Positions 22,231-31,925 of a stretch of 64,000 nt of DNA are shown in pieces. Location of the stretch: the NCBI GenBank assembly GCA_048268245.1, contig JBLWVX010000009.1, positions 1 to 64,000 of the forward strand, given 5' to 3'. Origin of the DNA: Arcobacteraceae bacterium. GTDB lineage: Bacteria > Campylobacterota > Campylobacteria > Campylobacterales > Arcobacteraceae. Every line of letters begins with the position of its first letter. The first letter of the stretch is position 1. Both the position numbers and the translations under genes were made by a program. Under the pieces are notes generated by a model that worked only from the letters and a program-made list of their open reading frames with translations, did no database searches and was not told the DNA's origin.

Positions 22231-23010
22231 TTAATAAACTATAATCTCTTTTTTAATATCTATATTAAACTGCTCTTTTATCTTATCTTGGGCTAAACTA
22301 ATCATATAAATAGCCTCTTCATATGTTCCACCGCCATAATTCACTAAAAAGTTAGCGTGTTCTTGGGAAAATCCCATGCCACCTTTTTTAAAACCTTTTA
22401 GTCCAACTGCTTCTATTAATCTTCCTGCATAATCATCTTTCGGATTTTTAAAACAAGAACCTGCACTTGGCAATTGTGGCTGATTATCTCTCATCTTCTT
22501 AAATTTCTCGGCCATTTTCTTAGAATAGCCATATTCAATATTAAATACTACCTCATAAACAATAGTATCAATTTTTGTATTTCTATAAGAGTATTCTATA
22601 TTCTCTTTTTTAATATAACCTTTATTTGTCTTAATTGAATGAATATAATTGAAAATTTCCCATTCTTTTAATCCAGCATTCATTTTTACAAGACCACCAA
22701 GACAACCTGGAAGTTTTCCTAAAAACTCTAAATTTGCTAGGTTATTTCTTTTTGCATAAGATAAAAGCTTTCCTGATTTAGTAGCACATCCAACATATAA
22801 AAGTCCATCTTTTTGCTCAATATACTCAAATGCCTCACCTAAAACAGCAAATTTTGGTGGATTATTTGATATTAATGTATTATTAGCACGTCCTAGTATT
22901 TGGTAGTCCGGATACTCACCTATTTCATTTATTACTAAAACCTCACAAGTTGGTCCTATATGTAAAGATGAGTATTTACTAAAATCTATTTGTTTAAAAT
23001 AATTTTCCAC
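22231..23010 (-). CDS. murB: UDP-N-acetylmuramate dehydrogenase
   Basis: PGCLGGLVKMNAG, PSAGSCFKNP and HANFLVN motifs. Confidence 0.95.
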   Translation of the reverse strand: MENYFKQIDFSKYSSLHIGPTCEVLVINEIGEYPDYQILGRANNTLISNNPPKFAVLGEAFEYIEQKDGLLYVGCATKSGKLLSYAKRNNLANLEFLGKLPGCLGGLVKMNAGLKEWEIFNYIHSIKTNKGYIKKENIEYSYRNTKIDTIVYEVVFNIEYGYSKKMAEKFKKMRDNQPQLPSAGSCFKNPKDDYAGRLIEAVGLKGFKKGGMGFSQEHANFLVNYGGGTYEEAIYMISLAQDKIKEQFNIDIKKEIIVY

Positions 23011-23021
23011 TTATACCTTTA

Positions 23022-23885
23022 CTATCTTGCTCTTAACTCTTCATAATCATCAGGAATCAAATAATCTCCAGCTTTTATAAGGCTCTCATAAAAACCATGC
23101 TTATAACCCAATTCATATAGTTTATCTAAAGCTTTGTATTGAATATCACTTAATTTAACTGAATTATCATTTGCGTATAAATCTAAATAGTTATCTAAAG
23201 TATCAGCATCTACTCTAATAAGACCTTTTTCAAGTAACATAGGAGCTAAAACTTTTCTATTTTTATTTGCAACATCAACTGCTTTGATTAAAGTTTTTTC
23301 ATAATCAATAGCATTGTGTAAAGGAAGTGATCTTCTTAAACACATTCCACCAAGTGGTAGTGGTAAATCTCCACCACTTAACTCAACCCAAACATCCCAC
23401 ATCTCTTTTTCTACTTCTAGGGCATCATCATAAGTTAAAATTGATTCATGAATTAATACACCAGCATCAACTTCTCCATCAATTACAGCTTTTTCAATAT
23501 CTAGGAAGTTCATATAAGTAATTCTTGCATCAGGATAAGCTATTTTAAATAAAAGTGCATTAGTTGTAAACTCTCCACTAAGTGCTACTTTAAAATTTCT
23601 TTTAAGCTTAGTACCTTTTCTTTTCATAAGTTTAGGCCCATAACCCTCACCAAATGATACTGCTGTTTTTAATAGTGCATAATCATTTTTCACAAATGGA
23701 TATAAAGCAAAAGAGATTGCACAAATATCATACTGACCTTTTAATGTAGCTTTATTTAGTGTCTCAATATCATCTGCAATATTTTCAAATACAGCATCTT
23801 TTGGAGTAACCCAACCAAATTTTATTGCATAATACATAAAAATATCATCAGCGTCCGGTGAATGTGCAACAGTAATTTTTTTCAA
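23022..23885 (-). CDS. mqnD: Futalosine-pathway menaquinone enzyme, 1,4-dihydroxy-6-naphthoate synthase family
   Basis: HSPDADDIFM, GEGYGP, GVLIHE and LPLPLGG motifs. Confidence 0.85.
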   Translation of the reverse strand: MKKITVAHSPDADDIFMYYAIKFGWVTPKDAVFENIADDIETLNKATLKGQYDICAISFALYPFVKNDYALLKTAVSFGEGYGPKLMKRKGTKLKRNFKVALSGEFTTNALLFKIAYPDARITYMNFLDIEKAVIDGEVDAGVLIHESILTYDDALEVEKEMWDVWVELSGGDLPLPLGGMCLRRSLPLHNAIDYEKTLIKAVDVANKNRKVLAPMLLEKGLIRVDADTLDNYLDLYANDNSVKLSDIQYKALDKLYELGYKHGFYESLIKAGDYLIPDDYEELRAR

Positions 23886-23951
23886 AATCTTTCCTTATGA
23901 TTAATTAATTGGATTTTAGCAAGTTATGGTTTATCTTTTGGTTATATTAAC

Positions 23952-24437
23952 TTAAAGTCTGTATTCAAGCTTAAGTTTTTTGATAATTTTAAAAATACTA
24001 TTTGCATACTTAAAACCTGTTTTACTCTCATATCTCCAACCAGTATTATATGAAGCCCATGTTTTTGCCCAGTTATTATTATGGACTTTTCTCCAATATT
24101 CAAGCTCTATTATTGCATTTGCTGTTGCAAAAGAAACATCATTTATAAGTTTATTAGCAAAAAACTCTCTATTTTCTTTAGTATCTTTTACTTTCTGTCT
24201 TGATATTATAGTTTTGATATTTGCTTGAAAAAGTCCATAATCTTTTGTTTTATGATTTACTACAAACTTCCCAAGATTAGACTCTTTTATGGCTATTGCC
24301 ATAAGTGAATAAGATAACATTTCATCATCACTTAGTGATTTTATTTTTTTTAGAATATCTAAGTCCTTATTATCAAGATTTAAACTATTTGAAAAAAGAA
24401 ATGTTGAAAAAAGTAGTAAATAAAAAAAAGCTTTCAT
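23952..24437 (-). CDS. Secreted lytic-transglycosylase (SLT/lysozyme-like) protein
   Basis: Signal peptide; AIAIKES, DYGLFQ and ASYNTG match SLT motifs. Confidence 0.65.
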   Translation of the reverse strand: MKAFFYLLLFSTFLFSNSLNLDNKDLDILKKIKSLSDDEMLSYSLMAIAIKESNLGKFVVNHKTKDYGLFQANIKTIISRQKVKDTKENREFFANKLINDVSFATANAIIELEYWRKVHNNNWAKTWASYNTGWRYESKTGFKYANSIFKIIKKLKLEYRL

Positions 24438-24457
24438 AAATTGATTCTACTATATTC

Positions 24458-24484
24458 CTAGCCATTTAAATATTAAATGGCTAG
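24458..24484. terminator. Hairpin downstream of nuoN (probable nuo operon terminator)
   Basis: Perfect 12-bp stem CTAGCCATTTAA-ATA-TTAAATGGCTAG, 8 bp past the nuoN stop; no clear U tract. Confidence 0.55.
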
Positions 24485-24492
24485 ATTATATA

Positions 24493-25995
24493 CTAAAATC
24501 CTGAACTAGCTACGTAGTGAGAAATTATGTCTAGTAATGGTTGAATATAGAAAATTGAAGTAATTGCTAAAAATACTGCAAAACCAACAACTGATTTCAT
24601 TGGAGTTGTTGCATTTTGCATAAATTTAGTATTTGCCCCTTGCTCTGGGTCTCTTAAGAACATATAAGAAACTGGTCTTAAGTAATAGTATGCTGCAATT
24701 GCAGAGTTTAGTACAATAACAACTGCTAAAGCAATTTCACCTGCATTTACTGCACTTGAAACTAAATACATTTTTCCCCAGAATAATGCAAATGGAGGAA
24801 GTCCTGTAAGAGCAAATAAGAATAGTCCTAAGATTGCTGCTGTAAATGGTGAAATTTGAGCAAGCCCTGAGAACTTTTTAAATGAGTATGGAGAATCATA
24901 ATCTTTATACTCTTTACCTCTATTAAGCCATAACATACCAAAAGCACCAAAGTTAGTAACTGTAAATAAAATCCAATATAAGAATAGTGCATTTGTTGAT
25001 TGATGTGTTCCTATTAAAATTGCTGCCATTGCCATACCCGCATTTGAAATAGATGAGTAAGCAAGCATTCTTTTAATATCTGTTTGTTGTAATGCAATTA
25101 AGTTTGGAATAGTCATAGTTAAAATTACAGTGATATATAACATGAAGTAAATAATTGTATCTCCACTATGTACAAATACATCAAAAAATCTAAGTGCTAC
25201 AACAAAACCTGCCATTTTTGGAATAACAGACATAAATCCAGCTAATGCTGATGTTGAACCTTGGTAAACATCTGGAACCCATGTATGAAATGGGAATAAC
25301 GATAATTTAAATCCAAGTGCTGCGAACATAAATACAAATCCAACTAATACCATAACATAGTTAGAGAAATTATCACTTGATAAATAGTTTTGTTCACTTA
25401 ATACTTGAGAAATTTGTGCTAATTCAAAAGACCCTGTTAAGGCATAGAAAACCATAGAACCAAATACAAAGAAAGCAGCTGCTAGTGCACCCATTGTAAA
25501 GTATTTAATAGCAGCTTCAATTGAAACCATTCTATTATGCATTGCAATCATTGTATATAAAGCTAATGAAGCAGTTTCAAGTCCTACAAAAATCATAATT
25601 AAAGAATCAGAACTTACCATAAACTGGAATCCTGCTACCATAAATAAATATAGTGCAAAGTACTCAGCATGTCTAAAGTCTTGGAATCTTAATTTTGAAA
25701 GTCCTAAGAAAATAAATAGAATTGATCCACCAATAATAATACATTGAGATAGTATTGCAATACCATCAAGTAGCATTATGTCAAATAAACCTCTTTCATT
25801 ACCTGAAAAGGCTAATAGTGTAAATAAGTCAAATACTAAGAAAAGAATAACAATCATTACATATAATGATTTATGCTTATTTTTATTAAAAAGGTCTGTT
25901 AAAATAATACTAATTGCACCAATAATTGCAATAACCATAGGTGCTAAAGTACCTAGGTTTAAACTCTCTAAACTAATTGAAATAGGCTCTAGCAT
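24493..25995 (-). CDS. nuoN: NADH-quinone oxidoreductase subunit N
   Basis: EAAIKYF, FKLSLFPFHTWVPDVY and KRMLAYSSI motifs. Confidence 0.96.
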   Translation of the reverse strand: MLEPISISLESLNLGTLAPMVIAIIGAISIILTDLFNKNKHKSLYVMIVILFLVFDLFTLLAFSGNERGLFDIMLLDGIAILSQCIIIGGSILFIFLGLSKLRFQDFRHAEYFALYLFMVAGFQFMVSSDSLIMIFVGLETASLALYTMIAMHNRMVSIEAAIKYFTMGALAAAFFVFGSMVFYALTGSFELAQISQVLSEQNYLSSDNFSNYVMVLVGFVFMFAALGFKLSLFPFHTWVPDVYQGSTSALAGFMSVIPKMAGFVVALRFFDVFVHSGDTIIYFMLYITVILTMTIPNLIALQQTDIKRMLAYSSISNAGMAMAAILIGTHQSTNALFLYWILFTVTNFGAFGMLWLNRGKEYKDYDSPYSFKKFSGLAQISPFTAAILGLFLFALTGLPPFALFWGKMYLVSSAVNAGEIALAVVIVLNSAIAAYYYLRPVSYMFLRDPEQGANTKFMQNATTPMKSVVGFAVFLAITSIFYIQPLLDIISHYVASSGF

Positions 25996-27522
25996 CTATT
26001 TAACCTCCCCTACTGTATTTAAAGCTTTTAACTTCTCTTTTGTATCTTCATTTACTGCTTTTACTTGCATAACTTGAGTTAAATGATTTACAGAAGTATT
26101 AAGCGGATCTAGTACAACTTTTGGATAAACACCTAATGCAATAATTAAAGCAACTAAAGATCCAAGTGCAACTAATTCTCTTCCAAAAATATCTTTTAAA
26201 GGTTTGTTCTTTGGATTAGTTAACTCACCAAAGAATGTTCTTTTGTACATTGATAACATATAAATTGCACTCAATACAATAGTTAAAGAAGCAATAAATG
26301 TTAAAATTGGAGATGCTTTAAAGAATCCAAGTAAAGCTAAGAACTCACCAACAAATCCAGCTGTTAAAGGAAGTCCAACAGAACCCATTAAAACAACTGC
26401 ATATACAAGTGCAAACATTGGCATATTATGAGCTAATCCACCAAACTCTTTAATCATCTTAGTTTTTCTTCTATCATATAAAACACCTACACACATAAAC
26501 AGTGCTCCTGAAACAATAGCATGTCCAAGCATCAGATATACTGCACCTACAATACCTTCTGTGTTTAAAGCGAACACACCTAATGTAATAACACCCATGT
26601 GAGATACAGATGAGTATGCAATCATCTGCTTCATGTCTTCTTGAGCATAAGCAAGCATTGCTGTATATATAATAGCTATAATAGCTAGTGCTGCCATAAA
26701 CCACATAAAGTAAACTGCTGCATCAGGGAATAATGGAAGAGAGAATCTAATAAATCCATAAGTTTCCATTTTTAATAATACAGCTGCAAGGATAATAGAT
26801 CCAATTGTTGGTGCTTCACCGTGTGCTAAAGGAAGCCATGTATGGAATGGAATCATTGGAACCTTTACTGCAAATCCGAAGAAGAATGCAATAAATAACC
26901 ATAATTGAACATCAAATGGTAAAATCGCTCCATACCAATCAAGTAAGTTAAAGCTCCAAGTTCCTGTAGTTTGATGATATATATATCCAAAATATAACAT
27001 ACCTACAAGCATGATTAATGAACCAATGAATGTATATAAGAAAAACTTCATTGCAGCATAAAATCTTCTTTCAGCTCCCCAGAATCCAATGATATAGAAC
27101 ATTGGAATAAGTGTTAATTCCCAGAAAACATAGAACATGATTACATCAAGAGCAACAAATACACCAACCATTGTCATTTCTAAATAAAGCATAGTAATGA
27201 TTAGGTTTTTAATATTTCTTTTTTCAGTTAATCCAATAACAGCAATCATCGTCATAAATGTAATCATAATAATTAAGAATAATGATACACCATCAACACC
27301 AGCAACATAACCTATACCCATAGAAGAGATTATTGGTAAATTTTGAACAAACTGCATTCCAGCCATACTTGGATCAAAGTGATACCATAAAAGTAAAGCT
27401 AAAACAAACTCAACAACAGTTACAACTACACCATATTGTCTCATTGAATCCTTATGAATTAAGAATCCAACCGTTGCAGCTGCTGCTGGGAAGAATATCA
27501 GCATCGATAAAATATTTTCCAT
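25996..27522 (-). CDS. nuoM: NADH-quinone oxidoreductase subunit M
   Basis: FYVFWE, KVPMIPFHTWLP and IAYSSVSHMG motifs. Confidence 0.96.
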   Translation of the reverse strand: MENILSMLIFFPAAAATVGFLIHKDSMRQYGVVVTVVEFVLALLLWYHFDPSMAGMQFVQNLPIISSMGIGYVAGVDGVSLFLIIMITFMTMIAVIGLTEKRNIKNLIITMLYLEMTMVGVFVALDVIMFYVFWELTLIPMFYIIGFWGAERRFYAAMKFFLYTFIGSLIMLVGMLYFGYIYHQTTGTWSFNLLDWYGAILPFDVQLWLFIAFFFGFAVKVPMIPFHTWLPLAHGEAPTIGSIILAAVLLKMETYGFIRFSLPLFPDAAVYFMWFMAALAIIAIIYTAMLAYAQEDMKQMIAYSSVSHMGVITLGVFALNTEGIVGAVYLMLGHAIVSGALFMCVGVLYDRRKTKMIKEFGGLAHNMPMFALVYAVVLMGSVGLPLTAGFVGEFLALLGFFKASPILTFIASLTIVLSAIYMLSMYKRTFFGELTNPKNKPLKDIFGRELVALGSLVALIIALGVYPKVVLDPLNTSVNHLTQVMQVKAVNEDTKEKLKALNTVGEVK

Positions 27523-27534
27523 TTACATAACCCC

Positions 27535-29397
27535 TTATATAACCGCTAAAACTAAGGCGAATACAAGACCCATAATAAGTCCTATAACCATTAGTCTTAA
27601 TGATGTTGATAAATTACCTGATTGAATAACTCTAATATTTGTACCTAGTTTATAAATAAATCTAGCAATTGAATCAATCGTATTATCAATCATTTTAATT
27701 TCTATTACTTTAAAGAACCATACAGACATTGCATAATATGGTTTAGAAACAAATTTCTCATAGAACTGTGGAACATAGTATTGGTTAATTAAAAGCTTGT
27801 AAATTGCTTTATTTTCCCACTCTTTACTAAATCCATCACCTTTGAAGTACTTAACATAAGCAACTGCTATACCACCAAGGGCTACTGCAGTTGTAACTAG
27901 TATTAAAATCCAAACAGTTGAGCCTGCTGTATTTGAAGCTTCCCATGTTGGTAAAATCTTAGTTACAAAATCAATAAATGCATGTTCAAACCAACCAGCA
28001 ATTACTGCTAATACAGCTAATGGTAACATTGCAGCGATAACAAAACCTTTTGCTTCGTGAGGATGGAATTCATCATTACTGTAATTTTGTTTTCCAAAGA
28101 AAATTTTAAATACAAGTCTAAATGAATAAAATGCTGTTAAACCAGCAGTTATCCATAAAGTAGCCCATAAAATATAAGCATCAGCATTAAACGCAGCTTC
28201 TAAAATTTTATCTTTTGAGAAGAACCCTGCTAATGGGAAGATACCAGCAAGTGCAAGTGAAGCTACAAACATAATAATTGAAGTAGCTTTCATCTTTTCA
28301 TGTAATCCACCCATCTTTCTAATATCTAATTCATCATCCATAGCGTGCATTACATTACCAGCACCTAAGAATAATACTGATTTAAAGAAGGCGTGAGTTG
28401 CTAAGTGGAAAAGTGCTACCCAGTATGCACCAAGACCAGCTGCTACAAACATATATCCTAATTGTGATAATGTTGAGTAAGCAATAATTCTTTTCATATC
28501 ATTGTTTACTAAAGCCATTGTTGCTGCAAAAATTGCAACAAATGCACCTAAACAAGCAATACCATATCCAACTTCTGGAATTAGTGCATATAATTCATTT
28601 GATCTAATTACTAAGTAAACACCAGCTGTTACCATTGTTGCTGCGTGAATTAATGCTGAAACAGGAGTAGGCCCTTCCATTGCATCTGCAAGCCATGTAT
28701 GTAAGGGGAATTGTGCTGATTTACCCATAGCACCAACAAATAATAAGATACCAATCCAAGTAAGTGTAGAAGTCTCTAAATTTGCAACATTAGCAAATAC
28801 TACATCATATTGTAAACTTCCTATATTCCAGTAAATTAAGAACATACCAAGTAATAAACCTAAATCACCTACTCTATTCATAATAAATGCTTCATTTGCA
28901 GCCCATGATGCAGATTCTTTATGATACCAGAATCCAATTAGTAACCATGAACAAACACCAACACCTTCCCATCCAATAAATAGTACAGCAAAGTTATCAG
29001 ACATAACAAGTACTAACATTGAGAATACGAATGCTGAAAGGTAAGAGAAGTATCTATTAAAACCTTTGTCATGTTCCATATAACCAATTGAGTGAATATG
29101 AACCATTGTAGAAACCACAGTTACAACAGTCATCATTACAACTGATACATGATCAACTACAAATCCCATAGGTATATTTAAACTTCCTGATACAATCCAT
29201 TCAAATAAAACTACATTAAAAGTCTCATCTGTTGTATAAACATATTGTAAAAGGTTTAATGAAGCTACCATTGAAACAGCTAACATAAACGATGTAAACC
29301 AACCAGTGAAGGCATTTTTTGGCTGCATTGAGAATAATGCAGCTACAAGTGAACCAACAAGTGGGGCAAAAAGTGCTATATATATAAATTTTTCCAT
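27535..29397 (-). CDS. nuoL: NADH-quinone oxidoreductase subunit L
   Basis: GKSAQFPLHTWLADAMEGPTPVSALIHAATMV motif. Confidence 0.97.
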   Translation of the reverse strand: MEKFIYIALFAPLVGSLVAALFSMQPKNAFTGWFTSFMLAVSMVASLNLLQYVYTTDETFNVVLFEWIVSGSLNIPMGFVVDHVSVVMMTVVTVVSTMVHIHSIGYMEHDKGFNRYFSYLSAFVFSMLVLVMSDNFAVLFIGWEGVGVCSWLLIGFWYHKESASWAANEAFIMNRVGDLGLLLGMFLIYWNIGSLQYDVVFANVANLETSTLTWIGILLFVGAMGKSAQFPLHTWLADAMEGPTPVSALIHAATMVTAGVYLVIRSNELYALIPEVGYGIACLGAFVAIFAATMALVNNDMKRIIAYSTLSQLGYMFVAAGLGAYWVALFHLATHAFFKSVLFLGAGNVMHAMDDELDIRKMGGLHEKMKATSIIMFVASLALAGIFPLAGFFSKDKILEAAFNADAYILWATLWITAGLTAFYSFRLVFKIFFGKQNYSNDEFHPHEAKGFVIAAMLPLAVLAVIAGWFEHAFIDFVTKILPTWEASNTAGSTVWILILVTTAVALGGIAVAYVKYFKGDGFSKEWENKAIYKLLINQYYVPQFYEKFVSKPYYAMSVWFFKVIEIKMIDNTIDSIARFIYKLGTNIRVIQSGNLSTSLRLMVIGLIMGLVFALVLAVI

Positions 29398-29399
29398 TA

Positions 29400-29699
29400 T
29401 TACCCCTTCATCCCTTGAATATCATCTAAATTAATAGAACCCGTTCTTTTATACCAAAGAATTAATAATCCAAGACCAATAGCAACTTCAGCAGCAGCAA
29501 CTGCAATAATAAAGAAGGCAAACATTTGTCCAGATAAATCCCCATGGAATTTAGATACTGCTGCAAGTCCTACATTTACAGCATTTAACATAATTTCTGT
29601 TGAGAAGAAAAGCATTAGAACATTCTTTCTTCTAATTACTCCAATCAATCCTATACAAAATAGAAGTGTTGAAAGTATCAAATAGGCATTAAGTGTCAT
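29400..29699 (-). CDS. nuoK: NADH-quinone oxidoreductase subunit K
   Basis: EIMLNAVN and AAAEVAIGL motifs. Confidence 0.96.
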   Translation of the reverse strand: MTLNAYLILSTLLFCIGLIGVIRRKNVLMLFFSTEIMLNAVNVGLAAVSKFHGDLSGQMFAFFIIAVAAAEVAIGLGLLILWYKRTGSINLDDIQGMKG

Positions 29700-30292
29700 T
29701 TTGCCTCCTTAGATTCTTTTTGAGCTTCAGCTTGAGCTTCTGCTGCGATATGTGCATCAATTTCTTCTTCATGCATTTCAGAATAAGATTCGTTCATTTT
29801 CTTACCTGCAAGTACAATTCCACCAATCATTGCTACAAGTAACATAATACCTGCAACTTCAAATGGAACTAAGTACTTAGTAAATAGAACTAAACCAACG
29901 TCTGCTGAATTACCATATTCAGGGTTGATAGGATAATTTGCTTGAACATTTTCTCCAATTACTGGTGCCATAAAAACAACAACAACAATTAAAGCAACCA
30001 TTCCTGAAAGTAAAAATACTAACCTAGGATTATTTACTTTCTCTTTTACAACAGAAAGTGAGTCAAAGAACATCATACCAAAGGCATAAAGTGCCATTAC
30101 TGCACCTGTATAAACCACAATTTGTACGGCACCTAAGAAGTCTGCACCTAGTAAAAAGAAAAATGCAGAAATAAAAATCATTCCTGCTGCCATTGCACTT
30201 AGTGCATATAAGGCATTATTTGTAAGTACTGTTATTAGGAACATTCCTATTGTTAGTACTGAAAAGACTATAAAAGCTACTGTTTCAAACAT
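29696..30292 (-). CDS. nuoJ: NADH-quinone oxidoreductase subunit J
   Basis: QIVVYTGAV and PFEVAGIMLLVAMIG motifs. Confidence 0.95.
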   Translation of the reverse strand: MFETVAFIVFSVLTIGMFLITVLTNNALYALSAMAAGMIFISAFFFLLGADFLGAVQIVVYTGAVMALYAFGMMFFDSLSVVKEKVNNPRLVFLLSGMVALIVVVVFMAPVIGENVQANYPINPEYGNSADVGLVLFTKYLVPFEVAGIMLLVAMIGGIVLAGKKMNESYSEMHEEEIDAHIAAEAQAEAQKESKEAK

Positions 30293-30301
30293 TCAGACTC
30301 C

Positions 30302-30922
30302 TTAGTAAGATAATGGAGTTTTCTTGATTTTTTCATCAGCATCTGGAGATACTGAACCAAAACCTGCAAACTCTGTTTGTTGATTTAATTGATCAAATGG
30401 CGTTAAAATATCCTCTTTTAATGAGAAGTGTGCTCTTTGCTCAGAAGAGTTTTCATATCTTCCTCCATGAACGATAGCTAACTCAGGACAAACTTCAGCA
30501 CAATAACCACAGAAAATACATCTTCCCATGTTAATTGTATATTCTGTCACTGCCTTTCTTGAGTTCTCATCAATTTTAGTTTCCATTCTAATACAATTTG
30601 CAATACAAATCTTTTCACATAAACCACAACCAATACATCTTTCACTTCCAGACTCTAGAAGTACTAATAGTTTATGTACTGCTCTATATCTAGGACCAAT
30701 AGGTAATTTTTCAGCTGGATATTGAACAGTTGCCATTTCTCCTTTGAAAAGTGCTCCTGTCATCATTTTCCATGTAATTTTAAGACCTGTTAAAAGTTCA
30801 CCTTTTACAGATCTTTTCATTACTTGCTTAAAAGATTCCCATTCTGTTTTTGGATAATTATCTTCTTGAACTGTTACGTAATCTTCAGATATATTTCTAT
30901 TTTTAAACTCTTTAAAACTCAT
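30302..30922 (-). CDS. nuoI: NADH-quinone oxidoreductase subunit I
   Basis: Two CxxCxxCxxxC ferredoxin motifs (CIGCGLCEKIC, CIFCGYCAEVCP). Confidence 0.96.
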   Translation of the reverse strand: MSFKEFKNRNISEDYVTVQEDNYPKTEWESFKQVMKRSVKGELLTGLKITWKMMTGALFKGEMATVQYPAEKLPIGPRYRAVHKLLVLLESGSERCIGCGLCEKICIANCIRMETKIDENSRKAVTEYTINMGRCIFCGYCAEVCPELAIVHGGRYENSSEQRAHFSLKEDILTPFDQLNQQTEFAGFGSVSPDADEKIKKTPLSY

Positions 30923-30931
30923 AATTACCCC

Positions 30932-31924
30932 TTATATCATTATCACTAAACCAGTAACTAAAATATTTAGTACTGCTAGTGGCATTAATATTTTCCAACA
31001 TAACCACATTAACTGATCAGGTCTAACATGTGGCCACGCTGCTCTTGTCCATAAGAAAATGAAAATTAATAACATCACTTTTAAAATAATTGCTAATCCA
31101 CCAGGAATAAACCATAATGGCTCAAATCCACCTAAGAAGATAAGTGCAATTAAGAATGAAATTGTAAATAATGCAGCATATTCACCAATAAAGAACATAC
31201 CCCATCTCAAACCTGAATACTCAGTTGCATAACCTGCAACTAATTCAGCTTCATGCTCAAGTAAGTCAAATGGTGTTCTATTTGTTTCTGCAAATCCTGC
31301 AATTACAAATAAAATAAATGCTAAAGGCTGATACCAAATAATCCATTCAGAAATACCACCTGCTTGGTAGTTATTAATATCAATTAGTGATAATGAACCA
31401 ACCATCATAATAGGTGCAAGTAAAGCAAGACCTGATACAATTTCATATGAAAGCATTTGAATTGCTGTTCTAGCCCCACCAATTAAAGCCCACTTATTAG
31501 CAGAACTCATACCACCAAGTAATGGTCCATAAAGCCCAATAGCTCCAACTGATAATACAAATAAAACCCCAACATTTACATCTGAGATAATTGGTCTTAC
31601 TGTATATCCAAAGATTTCAAACTCTGGGAAGAAAGGAACTGCAGACATTGCTATAAATGCGGTAGCTGCTGTAATAATTGGTGCTATCATAAAGATTGGT
31701 TTATTTGCATTTGCAGGGATAAAGTCCTCTTTTGTAAATAGCTTAATACCATCTGCTGCAATTTGTAAAAGACCATAAGGACCTACATTTGTAGGACCAA
31801 GTCTTCTTTGCATAAATGCTAAAACTTTTCTTTCAATATACGTAGTAAATCCAGCTAGTGCAGAAAATACTAAGATTACTGTGAAAACTTTTACAATTGT
31901 TTCTATAATAATTCCAGTTTCCAT
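30932..31924 (-). CDS. nuoH: NADH-quinone oxidoreductase subunit H
   Basis: ERKVLAFMQRRLGP and AETNRTPFDL motifs. Confidence 0.97.
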   Translation of the reverse strand: METGIIIETIVKVFTVILVFSALAGFTTYIERKVLAFMQRRLGPTNVGPYGLLQIAADGIKLFTKEDFIPANANKPIFMIAPIITAATAFIAMSAVPFFPEFEIFGYTVRPIISDVNVGVLFVLSVGAIGLYGPLLGGMSSANKWALIGGARTAIQMLSYEIVSGLALLAPIMMVGSLSLIDINNYQAGGISEWIIWYQPLAFILFVIAGFAETNRTPFDLLEHEAELVAGYATEYSGLRWGMFFIGEYAALFTISFLIALIFLGGFEPLWFIPGGLAIILKVMLLIFIFLWTRAAWPHVRPDQLMWLCWKILMPLAVLNILVTGLVIMI

Positions 31925-31925
31925 A

